From Paraspadella gotoi (Eukaryota > Animalia > Chaetognatha): a stretch of DNA of 64,000 nt. Positions 12,230 to 23,592 of the stretch are shown in pieces. Location of the stretch: positions 21,465,045 to 21,529,044 of the forward strand of contig CM119264.1 of assembly GCA_051294375.1 (NCBI GenBank). The letters are read 5' to 3'. Position 1 is the first letter of the stretch. Each line of letters opens with the position of its first letter. The notes under the pieces were generated by a model. The model saw only the letters and a list, made by a program, of their open reading frames with translations, searched no databases and was not told the DNA's origin. A program made the position numbers and the translations under genes.

Positions 12230-14552
12230 CATCACGCATAAAACGGGGTAAAACCGAAAAGGAATATAGATTCCTCCATAAATTTTTAAATTGTCAGAAC
12301 GTTTTTCTCTTTTTTTTCCATATTTTTTGACACGCTAAACGTTTCTCTGATTACTCAACAATTTCATGAAAAAAATAAAAATTAATACTACCAATAGTTA
12401 GTGTTATTCTCGAATAGATGGAAAAAAACCTCGTTTAAAAATCTCGATCGGGAAGTGGCGGGTAACTAAGGCTTACCATATGGCATCCTCCACGCCAATC
12501 GTTCTCTCAAATAATTTTTTTTATTTAATACATTTGAAAGGGAAAAAAAAATTCAGAATGCAGATTGCAGAAAGGGTACAGATAATATGGACATACTGAC
12601 ATGATAATCATGACCTTTTATGTCTTGTGAAAGGGGGCAGTAAAGAAACCTAAAAAATTCGATCATTAAGTCAGTCAATGAACCCTTTCCAATGGGCTAT
12701 TCCGCGAAATTTTTTTTCTTAATTTAAACGGATGATAAGTAATAGAATTAAATTCCTTGTATAAAGGTTGTTATATTTAAAAAAAATTATCAATACAAAT
12801 AACACAATGATGTCTTGCTTTGTCAAATATGTCACCAGCTATGTAATTTTTTTAAAATTTTATTATGATAAACAAGCAGCGTGTCAAGCTTTTTGTTTGC
12901 AGTTGAAGATAATGGAAATGACAATTTTTTTTCACAGACAAGAAGGTAGATGTCCAGCTCTTTATATCAATCTGAAAATATTTTTGTATTTATCATTTTC
13001 ATATTTAAAAAAACATTTCATCCAGCTACTTCATAAATTTTTGCTTGTTTTTTACTTTAACTAAAAAATACAAGCAAATTTTATAGAGTAGAGCAAATTT
13101 AATTAATCAAAATGTAATTTAGTCTTTCTTTTTTCAAATTACGAAAGAAGCAAAAAAATTTCACAAGCTTCATTGAAATTTTTAATGCAAAAAACTGTTA
13201 TACTTTTAACTCCGATTTAAAATAAAAGCTGTGTAAAGATTTATGGATAAAATTTAATAAAACTATTTCAGAGAGGTGTCCCATGATTAGGGCTTTAATT
13301 AATACCTCACCCACTTTCCTACCTCTTTTTTTTCAAAGTTATCAAGAAAATAACTTTTTTTACCGTGAGAGAACTAAGGATTTGAACTACGCAGTACAAA
13401 ATCTTTGTTAAATAAAAATTTCGGCAAAGCGGGAGTATTCTCAATTATCCTATTGGTACAATACCTAAATTCTAAATAAAACTTAAAGAAAAATTTCCTC
13501 CTCTAGAGACATATCACTTTCAGGTTTACCTATCGTCTTACACATTTAAGCGATTATGCTGGAAGAAATCAGCAAAACGTTTTCTCTTTTTTTTTAAATA
13601 GTATTGTACTAGCGCGTCAGCGAATCTAACAAGAAACTCGAAAATTTTATTCTGACAAATTTTGCCTTCAAGGCTGACGTTTATGACGTATATCTCGGAA
13701 ACCATTGTTAGGAATTTAAAAACGGTTTTTTGCAAGTGAACATTGCATATCATCCTCAGGGACCGCGCCATAAAAAATATATTAAAAAAATAAAACTAAT
13801 ATTGGCTCTCAGTGAGTATCTAAGGAATAGTTTTAACGTTTACCGCGTTGGAATTCGAGATTTCAGTCATCTTTTCTTCGTTTTATTAATTTTCCCTAAA
13901 ATTTTTTTTTTGTTCGCATACGGAGAATTCAAGAGGATAAAAAGACCTTTCAACTGGTTACTGAAATTTATGGATTGTCTCACGGTATGGCCCGCACGAA
14001 ATGAGAACAGTCTTTTTAAAATCCTTGAACGTATTTAGTTGTTTTTACTTTCCTTTTCGATAAAATCTGCCTTTTTATCATAAATTTTAGATTCTATTGA
14101 TACCGGACTCCAATATTCTGCTGACAATGGTTTTACAGCGGCAACTATACCTTATCAAGACATTTGCTTTGAAGAAATTTTTGAGAGTCTCTCTTCTTTT
14201 CTCTCTCTCACTGTCTCTCTCTCACTCTCTCTCTCTGATTTCATCCTACTCATCTGCTTCATCCTCCTCATCCTCCTCATTCTTACTAACTCTTTCTTAC
14301 CATAGAAATGATTTGAATTTAGAATGCAATGTCTAATAAAATAAACCAATCTCGATATTTTGTAATAAAAATCTTTTTATGCAATAGTAATTAGGAATTA
14401 ATTGTTGGAAAAAAAATTAGAAAGAAGTTAGAAAAAAAATTAAGGAAAAAGAAATTTAAAAAAAAATCTGAAATTTAAAAAAACGGTAAAGAAGATTCCG
14501 AAATCTTTTTGTTACTCGATGCGAAAAAATATACCCCGTTTTATGCGTGATG
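12230..14552. mobile_element. 2.3-kb TIR element, superfamily unclear
   Basis: Perfect 21-bp TIR CATCACGCATAAAACGGGGTA, flanked by CA/CA; absent from the homologous position (about 55115) of the second MITE copy. Confidence 0.8.
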
Positions 14553-14685
14553 CAAAATTAACGGTTAACGGAACCCTACTTGGTTGTCTTCAAAATTGTG
14601 TTTCATTTTAAAACTCCATTTTTTTTCAATCTGTTTATTTAACTTTTTAACTATTTTTTTACAAAACTTTATATAAAAAGGTATC

Positions 14686-17600
14686 TGTATTGAACTAAGT
14701 TCAGAGAAGTGGCTGTCTTTGAGCTCTAACTGACTGGGCTAATTCTGCGCATTCAAAACCAGATGGAATCGGGTATAAAATGGCGCAAAAGAGACGATGG
14801 CGCCGGTCATGACGCCCTGGAGATGATGACGACAAAGTCTCGGCAGAACGACGTCGGCTAAGGCCGAAAGGACGACGAACTGCGAAGCCCAGGACTTGAC
14901 AAAGTGTCGGTGATGTCTGATAAAGTAGATGCTGTTGTAGTAGTTTGTAGAAGTAGTAGTCTGTAGGAGAGTGGTGTGTTTAGAAGTTGCTTGAGTCGTG
15001 AGTTAGAAGTCCTGGGAAAGGAATAACAAAACATTTAGTACAAACTCAGCAAATATATATAAGCTTAAAGTGTCTTTTTTACTTGTTTCTAAAGCCAATA
15101 ATAAACAAAAATAGAGATGCTTCTCTCATATAAAAGTTCACTAAACCAGCGATCACACAAAAAATAAGATTCCGAGATATATGATAAGAGTTTAAATAAG
15201 CTCTGAAGAGAACTAAAAACCCAGTGACAACTTTGAGATCTGAAGATACCACGTGGCCAGAATTCGATCAGAATCAAATCGAAATCTATCGAAATCACGG
15301 GAACCAATTAGAATCAGCTGTACACTGCCTTCGGAAATCTGTACTTACAAAAGAGAGAGCCTAAAGATGTCGTGGCGATCGCTAGAACGGAGGCATTTTC
15401 GATGTCAGTAATAAAGAACAAAAGGGCATCGGGAGAAGCTGGATTTCCTGGTAATATAAAAGATAGTTATTTCATAACACCCCCCGCTATTAAGGCGTAG
15501 TAAAATTTCTAAATTTGACTTTAATTAAAATTCTAAAAGTGAGGAACAAACAACATTATACTAATAAACATTTATGTAATAAAAAAATTTATAATAAATT
15601 TTACAATTTACGCAGTAGGCCATATTTATACTAGTATTAAACCAATAAATGTTAAAATTTCAAAACAGGTTTTTATAAGATTTTTTTGCAGATTTGGATT
15701 CGTCATAAAAAGTTGATAGAAAGATATATAACTCTTTTTGAAAAATTCCTTCATTAAGTAGGTAAAAAATTAGAAAAAGTTATATTTTAAGCTGAAAATT
15801 AACTTTTTATATATTAATTATAGTTTTTTAAATTTTTAACCCACTTAATGAAAGAATTTTTAAAAATGATTTATATTTTCTTTTATCAACTGTTGACGAG
15901 GAATTCAAATCTGCAATAAAAATTAAAATTTAAAAAATTTTCAATTTTATAAGGATAGTACTATATATAAATACAGCCTACTGCGAAAATTAAAAAACAA
16001 AATTAATTTTTTTTACAAATTAATGTTCACTGATGGTATGTTGTTCATATTTGACTTTTAGAATTTTCGTATGTAACTTTCACTACGCCTTACCCGCTAT
16101 TTTATTATGCCAAAAGCATACCAAAATACCTTGAACATGTCCAGAAATAACCATCTAAAATATCCGGTCGCAGGGGGATGGAAAGTAGAAAGGAAGAAAA
16201 TTTAAAGCTGAGTATGTAAAAAATGCGCCCAGGACTTACTTGTAAATACCTCAAAATAATTCAAAAAAACTGACAAAAAACTGACGAAATTTCTGTCAAG
16301 CGGTTGAACGGACAGACGGGTGACGACGGCAGATGACAAACTGACCGGCGACAACCCTCTTCCACACGCAAATTGTACTTCAAGTTATCATGTTTGAAGA
16401 CGAAACAGTAGGGTTACAAATTGGCAAATTTAGATAGAACCGTGCGTGATGTAATGAAAAACTACGGTTGTCGTAAATCTAAAACCATCTTTCACCCAAA
16501 AAACAGAAAAACGAAGACAGCTTTGTCCGCTCGGTTCACGTAAACGGCCTGAGGTGCCGCTCACCAACTTCTGCCGAGTTGCGAAGCGCCGTGTGACGAT
16601 TGCCGGAACGAACGTCTCTGACTACGAATAGGAAAGAAAAAATAACTCTGTACGGCGTGTTTAAGTACACCCGTCAAACAAGTAGACCTTTCTTTACCGA
16701 ATGCCGAAAAAATTTGGAGTTCCCGACGATTTCTCTCAACCAATTCTTACTGGAACCGGCCGTGTGTACAAGAGAAACCGTCCGCCTGGCGGCGCGCAGG
16801 GAGACAGTCTTGAACAGGGTTGACCGTCGCTCCAAAAGCCTAAAGTTGTTATATTTTAGCGTCAACTCACAAAACTCCGTCCGTCTAGAGATTTTGAAAG
16901 TCGAGGCAAAAAACTTTTACCAAAAAGCGAAAAAATATTAGGGGCAAACTATGAATAATATAAAATATCAGAGAAAGATAATCGATATTATTCTTACCTA
17001 CTCTAAATGTCGTCTCTTCTCCTAGGCTATCCAAAAAATCGACAAAGCTAAATAAATACAAAAAATGGGACAGATGGGGTGTTCTTAAGCAGTGGGGTGG
17101 TTTGCAACACACCTCCGAAGGGGGTTTCGTTCTTCCGTCTTGTTCTGGTCGGGAAGAACATGCTTTGGCGAGCGTTGGTTTTTTTCCTCCTCTCACTCAA
17201 CCAAAAAACCTTGACCTTGACTCAATTTCACCTTTTTCTCAACTCCAAAATCTAAAAACACACTTTGTAATTTCGTGGGTTAAGGACTTAATCACTAAAA
17301 AACGAAAAATATCAAATTTTCTAAAAAACGAACAAGTATAAATACTAAATTTTCATTAGAAAAATGGTCGTATCCCCAGCACGAACTGAGAGGAACGAAC
17401 CTGTTCGTACAAAAAGAATAAAAATTTCGAAATTTCCCAAAAAATACAAAAACAGAACTACGTAGTTAATTTGTAATGTTTGGGGGAAACGGGGGAAAAT
17501 CCCAAATTTCTCCCGAGCGTAAAGTCGCGAAAATCTGGGGAAAAAGGGCATGATGGTAAATAACACTTTTTCCGGAGATAATCGAAGCCTTATGATCGAT

Positions 17601-18670
17601 TGAAAATTGAGGTTAACCTGCCGTAAACCAAACACACAAATTAACAATATTACTCAAAAAATAAATATTTAAACCAAAAAAATATTATGAAAAACGTAAG
17701 CACGTTGATTTTTCCATAAATGACCGCCGCATCAAGTTTCTCTACGCCCGACGTCACTTTCGAAATTCGTAGCTTTAACCCGTAATCGTCGTCAATATCC
17801 GAGCGTCCACTACGAACCGGAAGCGTCGTCGCACGCAGGCGAAACCGAATGTTGCGTGCATTCACACACGTGGAAAAATTTGGGAAAAAATTCGCACGCG
17901 TGAGAAAAAGGGGCGTGGCTTACGGTCGCCATCGTCGATGCATCGACATCGCTCGATGGCCGCGAAACTAAAATACCGATGAGTCAATATAACGCAATCT
18001 TACGGAGGCGTAACGAAATATGATGAAATATAACGTTATCCGCCGTAACAGCGCGAAATCCTGACGCAACGATAAGAAAGGGAAAAATATTAAAATTCTC
18101 CAAAAACGTAAAAAAGGCAAAAAATCGAGATTTAGAAAAAAGGTCAAGCCATTTAGAATGGTCGAACGAGAGAGGCTGGTACTGGCCGACTTTCCGCCGC
18201 ACGGACAAGCCTTCCACGAACCTCCCCGCCGGCCCATGAAAAAACACCCTTCCATCAATACTTTGCCGACCGAGACGGACGTCAAAGCCGAGCAAAGCAA
18301 AGAGGAACTCCGTCCACAAAGGCGCCCCTATGCCGGTCAAGGCCGACATAGTGCAGAAATACGAAATAAACAATGAAAAAACGTAAAAATTTGATCAAAA
18401 ATAAATACGGCTTTTGAAACAGGGCACTCCCATAAAAAAGTTTTGCAAAGTGCAGAAAAAATAGGAAATCCAAGTGAACGCGACTGAAAGAAAGTGATTA
18501 ATAAATAACGTTTTTCGCCGCGTTTTACAAGAAACCAAATCAGTTCTGAACCTGGATGCAATAATAGGAACTTACTTTATTGGTCATTTTATTTTAAGCA
18601 TCCGTTTGCCGTTGCAACGAGAATAACTACGGCAAGGTAAAACTAAGAGACAACGGATGGGGCGAGACCC
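14686..18670 (-). mobile_element. Unclassified CpG-rich repeat (element B), copy 1
   Basis: Interrupts the foldback MITE (ggtatc|...|tcaatatt); shares blocks 14710-14910, 16670-18530 and 18565-18667 with 49430-49630, 51180-52860 and 50835-50939. Strand inferred from splice-donor-like motifs only. Confidence 0.7.
15491..16092. mobile_element. 600-bp foldback MITE with 8-bp TSD
   Basis: TAAGGCGTAGT / ACTACGCCTTA ends, long internal inverted arms, exact TSD cccgctat at 15483-15490 and 16093-16100. Confidence 0.88.
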
Positions 18671-19147
18671 TCAATATTAATATCTTCTTAAAGCTCCTAA
18701 AAATATAAAGACATAATTAAAAATACTGTAATATTAAAATTAGCCTATCTCGCTTTAAGATAATTATTAAATTAAAAAATTTTAAAGAGCAGTTTTTGAA
18801 TAATTATTAAATGATTGTTAGTTGTTTTAATTTAGTTTTTCTTAAGAATTTTTATAATACTTATATAAACAATAATTGGTAAGATCATAATAAAATAGGT
18901 CAGATATTTAAAAAAAATATTTTAGGATTTTATTATTTCAATTTGGATTATCTTAATTAAACTAAAGCTGGTTAGGCTTATTTTTATGTTTCAATATTCT
19001 TAAATACATTATTTTCTTTAAATTTTTAAGAGCTTTCAGAAGATATTAATAATTTTTATTAATATTGATACCTTTTTATATAAAAGTTCTTAAAAATTTG
19101 GGAGAGAAAACAAAAATTTGTTATTTGATAACAATGATTTTGTTTTT

Positions 19148-19203
19148 ATTTAAATCGGAAATGTTTCCACTCTAGGACTTCATAGTCTTCATCAGCATTT
19201 AAA
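19148..19203 (-). ncRNA. Degenerate minimal hammerhead ribozyme motif
   Basis: Minus strand: TTTAAATG-CTGATGA-A-GACTA...GAGTG-GAAAC-ATTTC-CGATTTAAA; stem II is damaged. Confidence 0.45.
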
Positions 19204-19219
19204 TTCACAAACGTTTCAG

Positions 19220-20568
19220 TTTTTAGTCGGATCTGCTTATCAGCAGATCCCGACTCTATAATTCACTTTGTCGGTCCGTCGGTCCGCCCCCTCAATATTG
19301 TCGGGCACTAACTTATATCATGTCAGAACATCGAATTATGATAAATTAGGCAAAAAAAATAATGTCCGTCTGTCTGTCCGTCCGTCCGTCGTCGTCCGTC
19401 GTCCGTCCGTCCGTCCGTCGCCGTCCGTCCGTCCGTCCGTCCGTCCGTCGCGTCCGTCCGTCCGTCCGTCCGTCCACCTTAGAAAAAAACACCAATTACT
19501 CGTGATTGAATGGATGGATTTGAATGAAATTTTGTGTGTGGGTAGGGAAGTGTGTGATTGAGCTGGATATAAAGTTTCGATGGAATCGTCCGAGTGGAAA
19601 TGAGTTTAAATAGAAAAAAAAAAAAATATAATTCACTATTTGAACACCAATTGCTCATGAGTGGATGGGGCGATTGACCTGGAATTTTGTATGTGAGTAG
19701 GAAAGTGTGTGATTGAACAGGAAACCAAGTTTTGGTGGAATCGTTTGAGTGGAAATGAGTTTAAATGGAAAAAACAAAAAAAAAACCTGTTTCACTAATT
19801 GATTATGATTTTTTTTCCTTTTATATTAAATGTATATGCAGGATGTATTAATAAATCAAATAATTAATCAGTTAATTAATCAATTAGTCAATTAATTAAT
19901 CACTAATTAATTAATCAGTCTATCAATCCGTCCATCCGTCCCACCTTAGCAAAAAGTCCCAATAACTCGTGATTGGCTGGTTGAATCGGAATGAAATTTT
20001 GTGTATGGGTAGGAACATGTGAAGCTGGATATAAATTTTCGACGGAATCGTGTGAGTGGATATGAGTTTAAAAATGGAAAAAACATAAGTCGCATTTACT
20101 AAAATCTTTTTACTTATTTTAACCAATAAATACTCTAATTAATCATAATTGGATGGATAGATTGAGTTCAAATTTTGTGTGTGGGTAGGAAATGTGTGAC
20201 GAAGCTTGATATAAAGTTTCGGTACAAGTGGAAATGAGTTTAAATGAAAAAAATATGAGTCACATTTACTTGACTCTTTTTACTTATTTTAACCAATAAT
20301 AGATTGAGATGAAATTTTGTGGAGCGGGAAGGAAAGTTTGTGAAGAAGCTAGATATAAAGTTTTGACGGAATTGTGCCAGTGGAAATAAGTTTAAATGGA
20401 AAAATATAAGTCACATTTACTTTATTTTAAGGACATCGATGATGATAAGCTGTATATAAATTTATAATTATTAAATATTAAAAATTAATTAATTAATTAA
20501 TTAATCGATTAATTAATTAATTAATTAATTTTCGTAGCAGATCCGACATTGTTTTGCTCAAACTTGTT
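19220..20568 (+). mobile_element. Complete HINE/DINE-1-like family B element
   Basis: TTTTT-AGTCGGATCTGC...GCAGATCCCGACT 5-prime hairpin, (GTCC)n at 19364-19474, about five copies of a roughly 130-160 bp core, 3-prime sub-TIR GCAGATCCGAC followed by ...AAACTTGTT. Confidence 0.85.
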
Positions 20569-20586
20569 AAATATTGAGTTTGTAAA

Positions 20587-20641
20587 TTTAAATGCTGATG
20601 AAGACTCGAAAGTTATAGAGTCGAAACATATCCGATTTAAA
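20587..20641 (+). ncRNA. Minimal type I hammerhead ribozyme motif (Penelope-like)
   Basis: TTTAAATG-CTGATGA-A-GACTC-gaaagttata-GAGTC-GAAAC-ATATC-CGATTTAAA: core boxes, 5-bp stem II, stem I with one bulge. Confidence 0.65.
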
Positions 20642-22054
20642 TAAAAACAAAATATTGTTTGTCAAATAATGAATTTTCGTTTTATCTCTAAATAATTCAA
20701 AAAAATAATAAAAGAATGTAAAAGTTTTTAAAAAAATGTTTATAAAGTTAGACAAAAAAATTGAAAAGATTTGTTTTAAAATGAAAGACAATTTTTAAAG
20801 CAACCTTTTCCTGGTCATTGCTAAGTCAAATCATAACCAATCAATATAAAATTGGGATATATAAATGATTTAGGTTTTTACTATAGAAAAAATCTTTTAG
20901 ATTAAAAATATCTTCACAAGTTTGCAAATGACAATTTTTTTTTAGCGGCGGGCTGTTATGTATCACCTTGTAACCCAGGCTTTTTGTTTATTTCTGAGCT
21001 TCAACCCAAACTCTAGGTTGTAGTTTATTCAAATAGCAATGTTGCCGGCGATTCACCGCCAATACACTCACTGGTGACCTCGCCAGTAATAAAAGTAATG
21101 AATATAATCAAAGGCGCAAGTTAAAGGAAAAGCTTGTGGCTGAAGTTGAGACATGGGGATAAATACATCACCTGTGGGCTCTTCCCTTAAAACTAAACCC
21201 TAACCCAAGTCTCCTGTACATCTCCATGCTTTTCCCCAACCCTAACCCAGGCCTAGGCCTCCCATACATTTCCATGCCTCAAACTTAACCCATCTGTGGG
21301 CTTTCCTAACCCTAAACCTTACCCGGGCCTCTTGTTCAACTCCATTCCTCTCCCCTAATCCTAACCAAGGCCCTGGCCTCCAGTACATCTCTGTGCTTCA
21401 ACCCAACCCTAACTGCCTTCGATGCATCAACAGTAAGCCTCTCGCCCTACCCTAACCCAGGGCTCCCATTCAACTCCATGCCTCTCTCCTTACCCTAACC
21501 TTAACCCGGGACCGGGCCTCCCTCATATATTCGTACCTCAACTTTAATCCCTAATATCCATTTCCAGCACCTTCCTTAACCCTAATGCCGGCTTCTTGTT
21601 TATCTTAACCTTAAAATTGACATTAACCCTAACCATAACCTTAAACTACTCAACCTTAATCCTAACCCTAAACTACTCAACCCTAACCCTAATTATTACC
21701 AACTCAACCTTAACCCTAAACCAAACCATCTCAACCCTAATCTAACCCTAAAACCCTAACCCTAAACATAATATGAGTTTTAAGTAAAATCACTTTAACG
21801 AGAATGCTAAATATAATTCACAGTTAAATTACCAAAGAGTGAGGATATCACCAAAAAATAAAAAAAAATATTTTGCTTATTATTGTAATATTTTTAAAAA
21901 TAATTTTAATTATATAATATATTTTTAATATTAAAATATATTATATATTATAATATAAAATAAATATTAAATATAATCAAAATATAAATTATATGATTTA
22001 AAGAATATATTATGAATATTTAATTTCTGAAATTTTAATTATATATATATAGTA

Positions 22055-22199
22055 ATGGAGCAGGAGCCGGAGCCGGAGCCGGAGCCGAAAACAAATTTTG
22101 CTTGGAGCCGCAGCCGGAGCTGGAGCCGGAAAAAAATTAGGCCTGGAACTGGAACCGTAGCTGGAGCCGAGACAAAATTAGGTCGGCTCCACATCCCTG
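22055..22199 (+). mobile_element. Right end of hAT-like GGAGCC MITE
   Basis: (GGAGCC)n array ending CGGCTCCACATCCCTG, directly abutting the satellite. Confidence 0.65.
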
Positions 22200-22967
22200 A
22201 TAAAAAGAGATAAAAAGGTTAAAAACATCGACAAACAACTTTTCCAATGTAAAAAGAGATAAAAAGGTTAAATACAACGGCAGACGACATTTCCTATGTA
22301 AAAAGAGATAAAAACGTTAAAAACACAAGCAAACTTCTTTTCCAATATAAAAAGAGATAAAAACTTTTAAAAAACCGGCAAGCGATTTTTCTATTGTAAA
22401 AAGAGATAAAAAACACCGACAAACGACTTTTCCAATTTAAAAAAAGATAAAAACGTTAAATACACCTTCAGACGACATTTCCTATGTAAAAAGAAATAAA
22501 AACGTTAACAACACCAGCAAACAATTTTTCCAAAGAGATAAAAACTTTAAAAACACCAAAAACCAACTTCTTCAATGTAAAAAGAGATTAAAACTTTAAA
22601 AACAAAGAAAAGACGCTTTTTCTAATGTAAAAAGAGATAAAAACGTAGAAAACACCGGAAAACGATATTTTAATTGTAAAAAGAAATAAAAACGTTAAAA
22701 ACTTCGGCAAACATTTTTTGCAATATAAAAAGAGATAAAAAGGTTAAAAACACCGACAAACAACTTTTCCAATGTAAAAAGAGATAAATACACCGGCAAA
22801 CGACTTTTCCAATGTCAAAAAAGATAAAAACGTTAAAAACACCGAAAAACGTCTTTTCCATTGTAAAAAAGGATAAAAACGTTGAAAACACCAGAAAACA
22901 ACTTTTTCAATGTAAAAAGAGATAAAAACTTTAAAAACAAAGAAAAACGCTTTTCCAATGTAAAATT

Positions 22968-23592
22968 GGCTAATTTTACATTAGCCGATGAAATTTAAAT
23001 GCTAATGAATACAACATTAAAATAATCTATCATGAGCATAGATTATATTATTAAAATATTTTTTGTCAAAAATTATTTTTTTGGAGGGTACTAGCCTAAT
23101 TAAAATTATTATATTACTATATAAAGCAAAAAAAAATTTTTTGAAATCTTAAAATTTTTTAATGGATTCTGATAGAGCATAAAAAGTTAAACATGAAATA
23201 TAATTACAGCTTTTAAAAATTCTTACGTTTTCTTAGTAAAAATTTAAAAAAACTGATAAAATCATCAAAAGATGATGATGATGACGATTTTTTATGGTTT
23301 TTCTTATTTTTGACCTCCTTATCATAACAATATTTAAAAAAGAATTATACTTTGTGTAGACAACTTTTTATGAGCTATCTGAATCTGGTCTTAAAACTTA
23401 AAATTTCTAAAAAAAATTTTTGACCTTTCCTATCTATAAATAAATAAATATTAAAAAATTAATTACTAGGGTATAGAGCCATATAAAAATTTTTTTGTCC
23501 ATTGAAAGTATACTTAAAAATGTATAAATTTTCGTTTGAGCTTGTACTCACTCTAAATTTTTTACTCACCCCATTGAGTGCGGCTACCCCTA
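22968..23592. mobile_element. About 620-bp AT-rich insertion in the satellite (hAT-like right end; Helitron-like CTAG end is an alternative)
   Basis: Right end cggctaccccta|gtaaaatg; left flank gtaaaatt; only tagccg of a left TIR remains. Confidence 0.5.

Larger units (their letters stand above)
10783..14578 (+). mobile_element. hAT-like MITE copy 1 (TTAACGG subterminal repeats)
   Basis: TIR TAGAGTTCCGATAACCGTTAA / TTAACGGTTAACGGAACCCTA; TSD cttggtac/cttggttg; second copy at 53453-55143. Confidence 0.85.
19100..20690. mobile_element. Palindromic Penelope-like unit (arms 19100-19219 and 20569-20690), split by a HINE
   Basis: Arms of about 110 bp are reverse complements; each carries a hammerhead-like core followed by AATAAA. 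Confidence 0.65.
10630..20970. mobile_element. Tc1/mariner-type foldback MITE (about 0.9 kb of its own sequence) expanded by nested insertions
   Basis: TA-CAAGGTGA...TCACCTTG-TA. Arms 10630-10782 plus 14579-14685 pair with 19067-19100 plus 20720-20970; palindromic centre 18671-19066. Same family motifs as 46654-47609. Confidence 0.8.
10410..21770. repeat. Degenerate (CCCTAA)n-rich telomere-like tract split by a 10.3-kb nested insertion (parts 10410-10629 and 20971-21770)
   Basis: Many aaccctaaccc units; about 60-bp CCCTAA-containing minisatellite at 21180-21600; removing 10630-20970 and one TA restores aaccc-TA-accc. Confidence 0.7.

Noticed and set aside
7330-22199. Single 14.9-kb composite hAT element between matching CAGGGATGTGGAGCCG ends
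   Set aside because: Flanks tctaaccg and ataaaaag give no TSD, so the ends may belong to different copies
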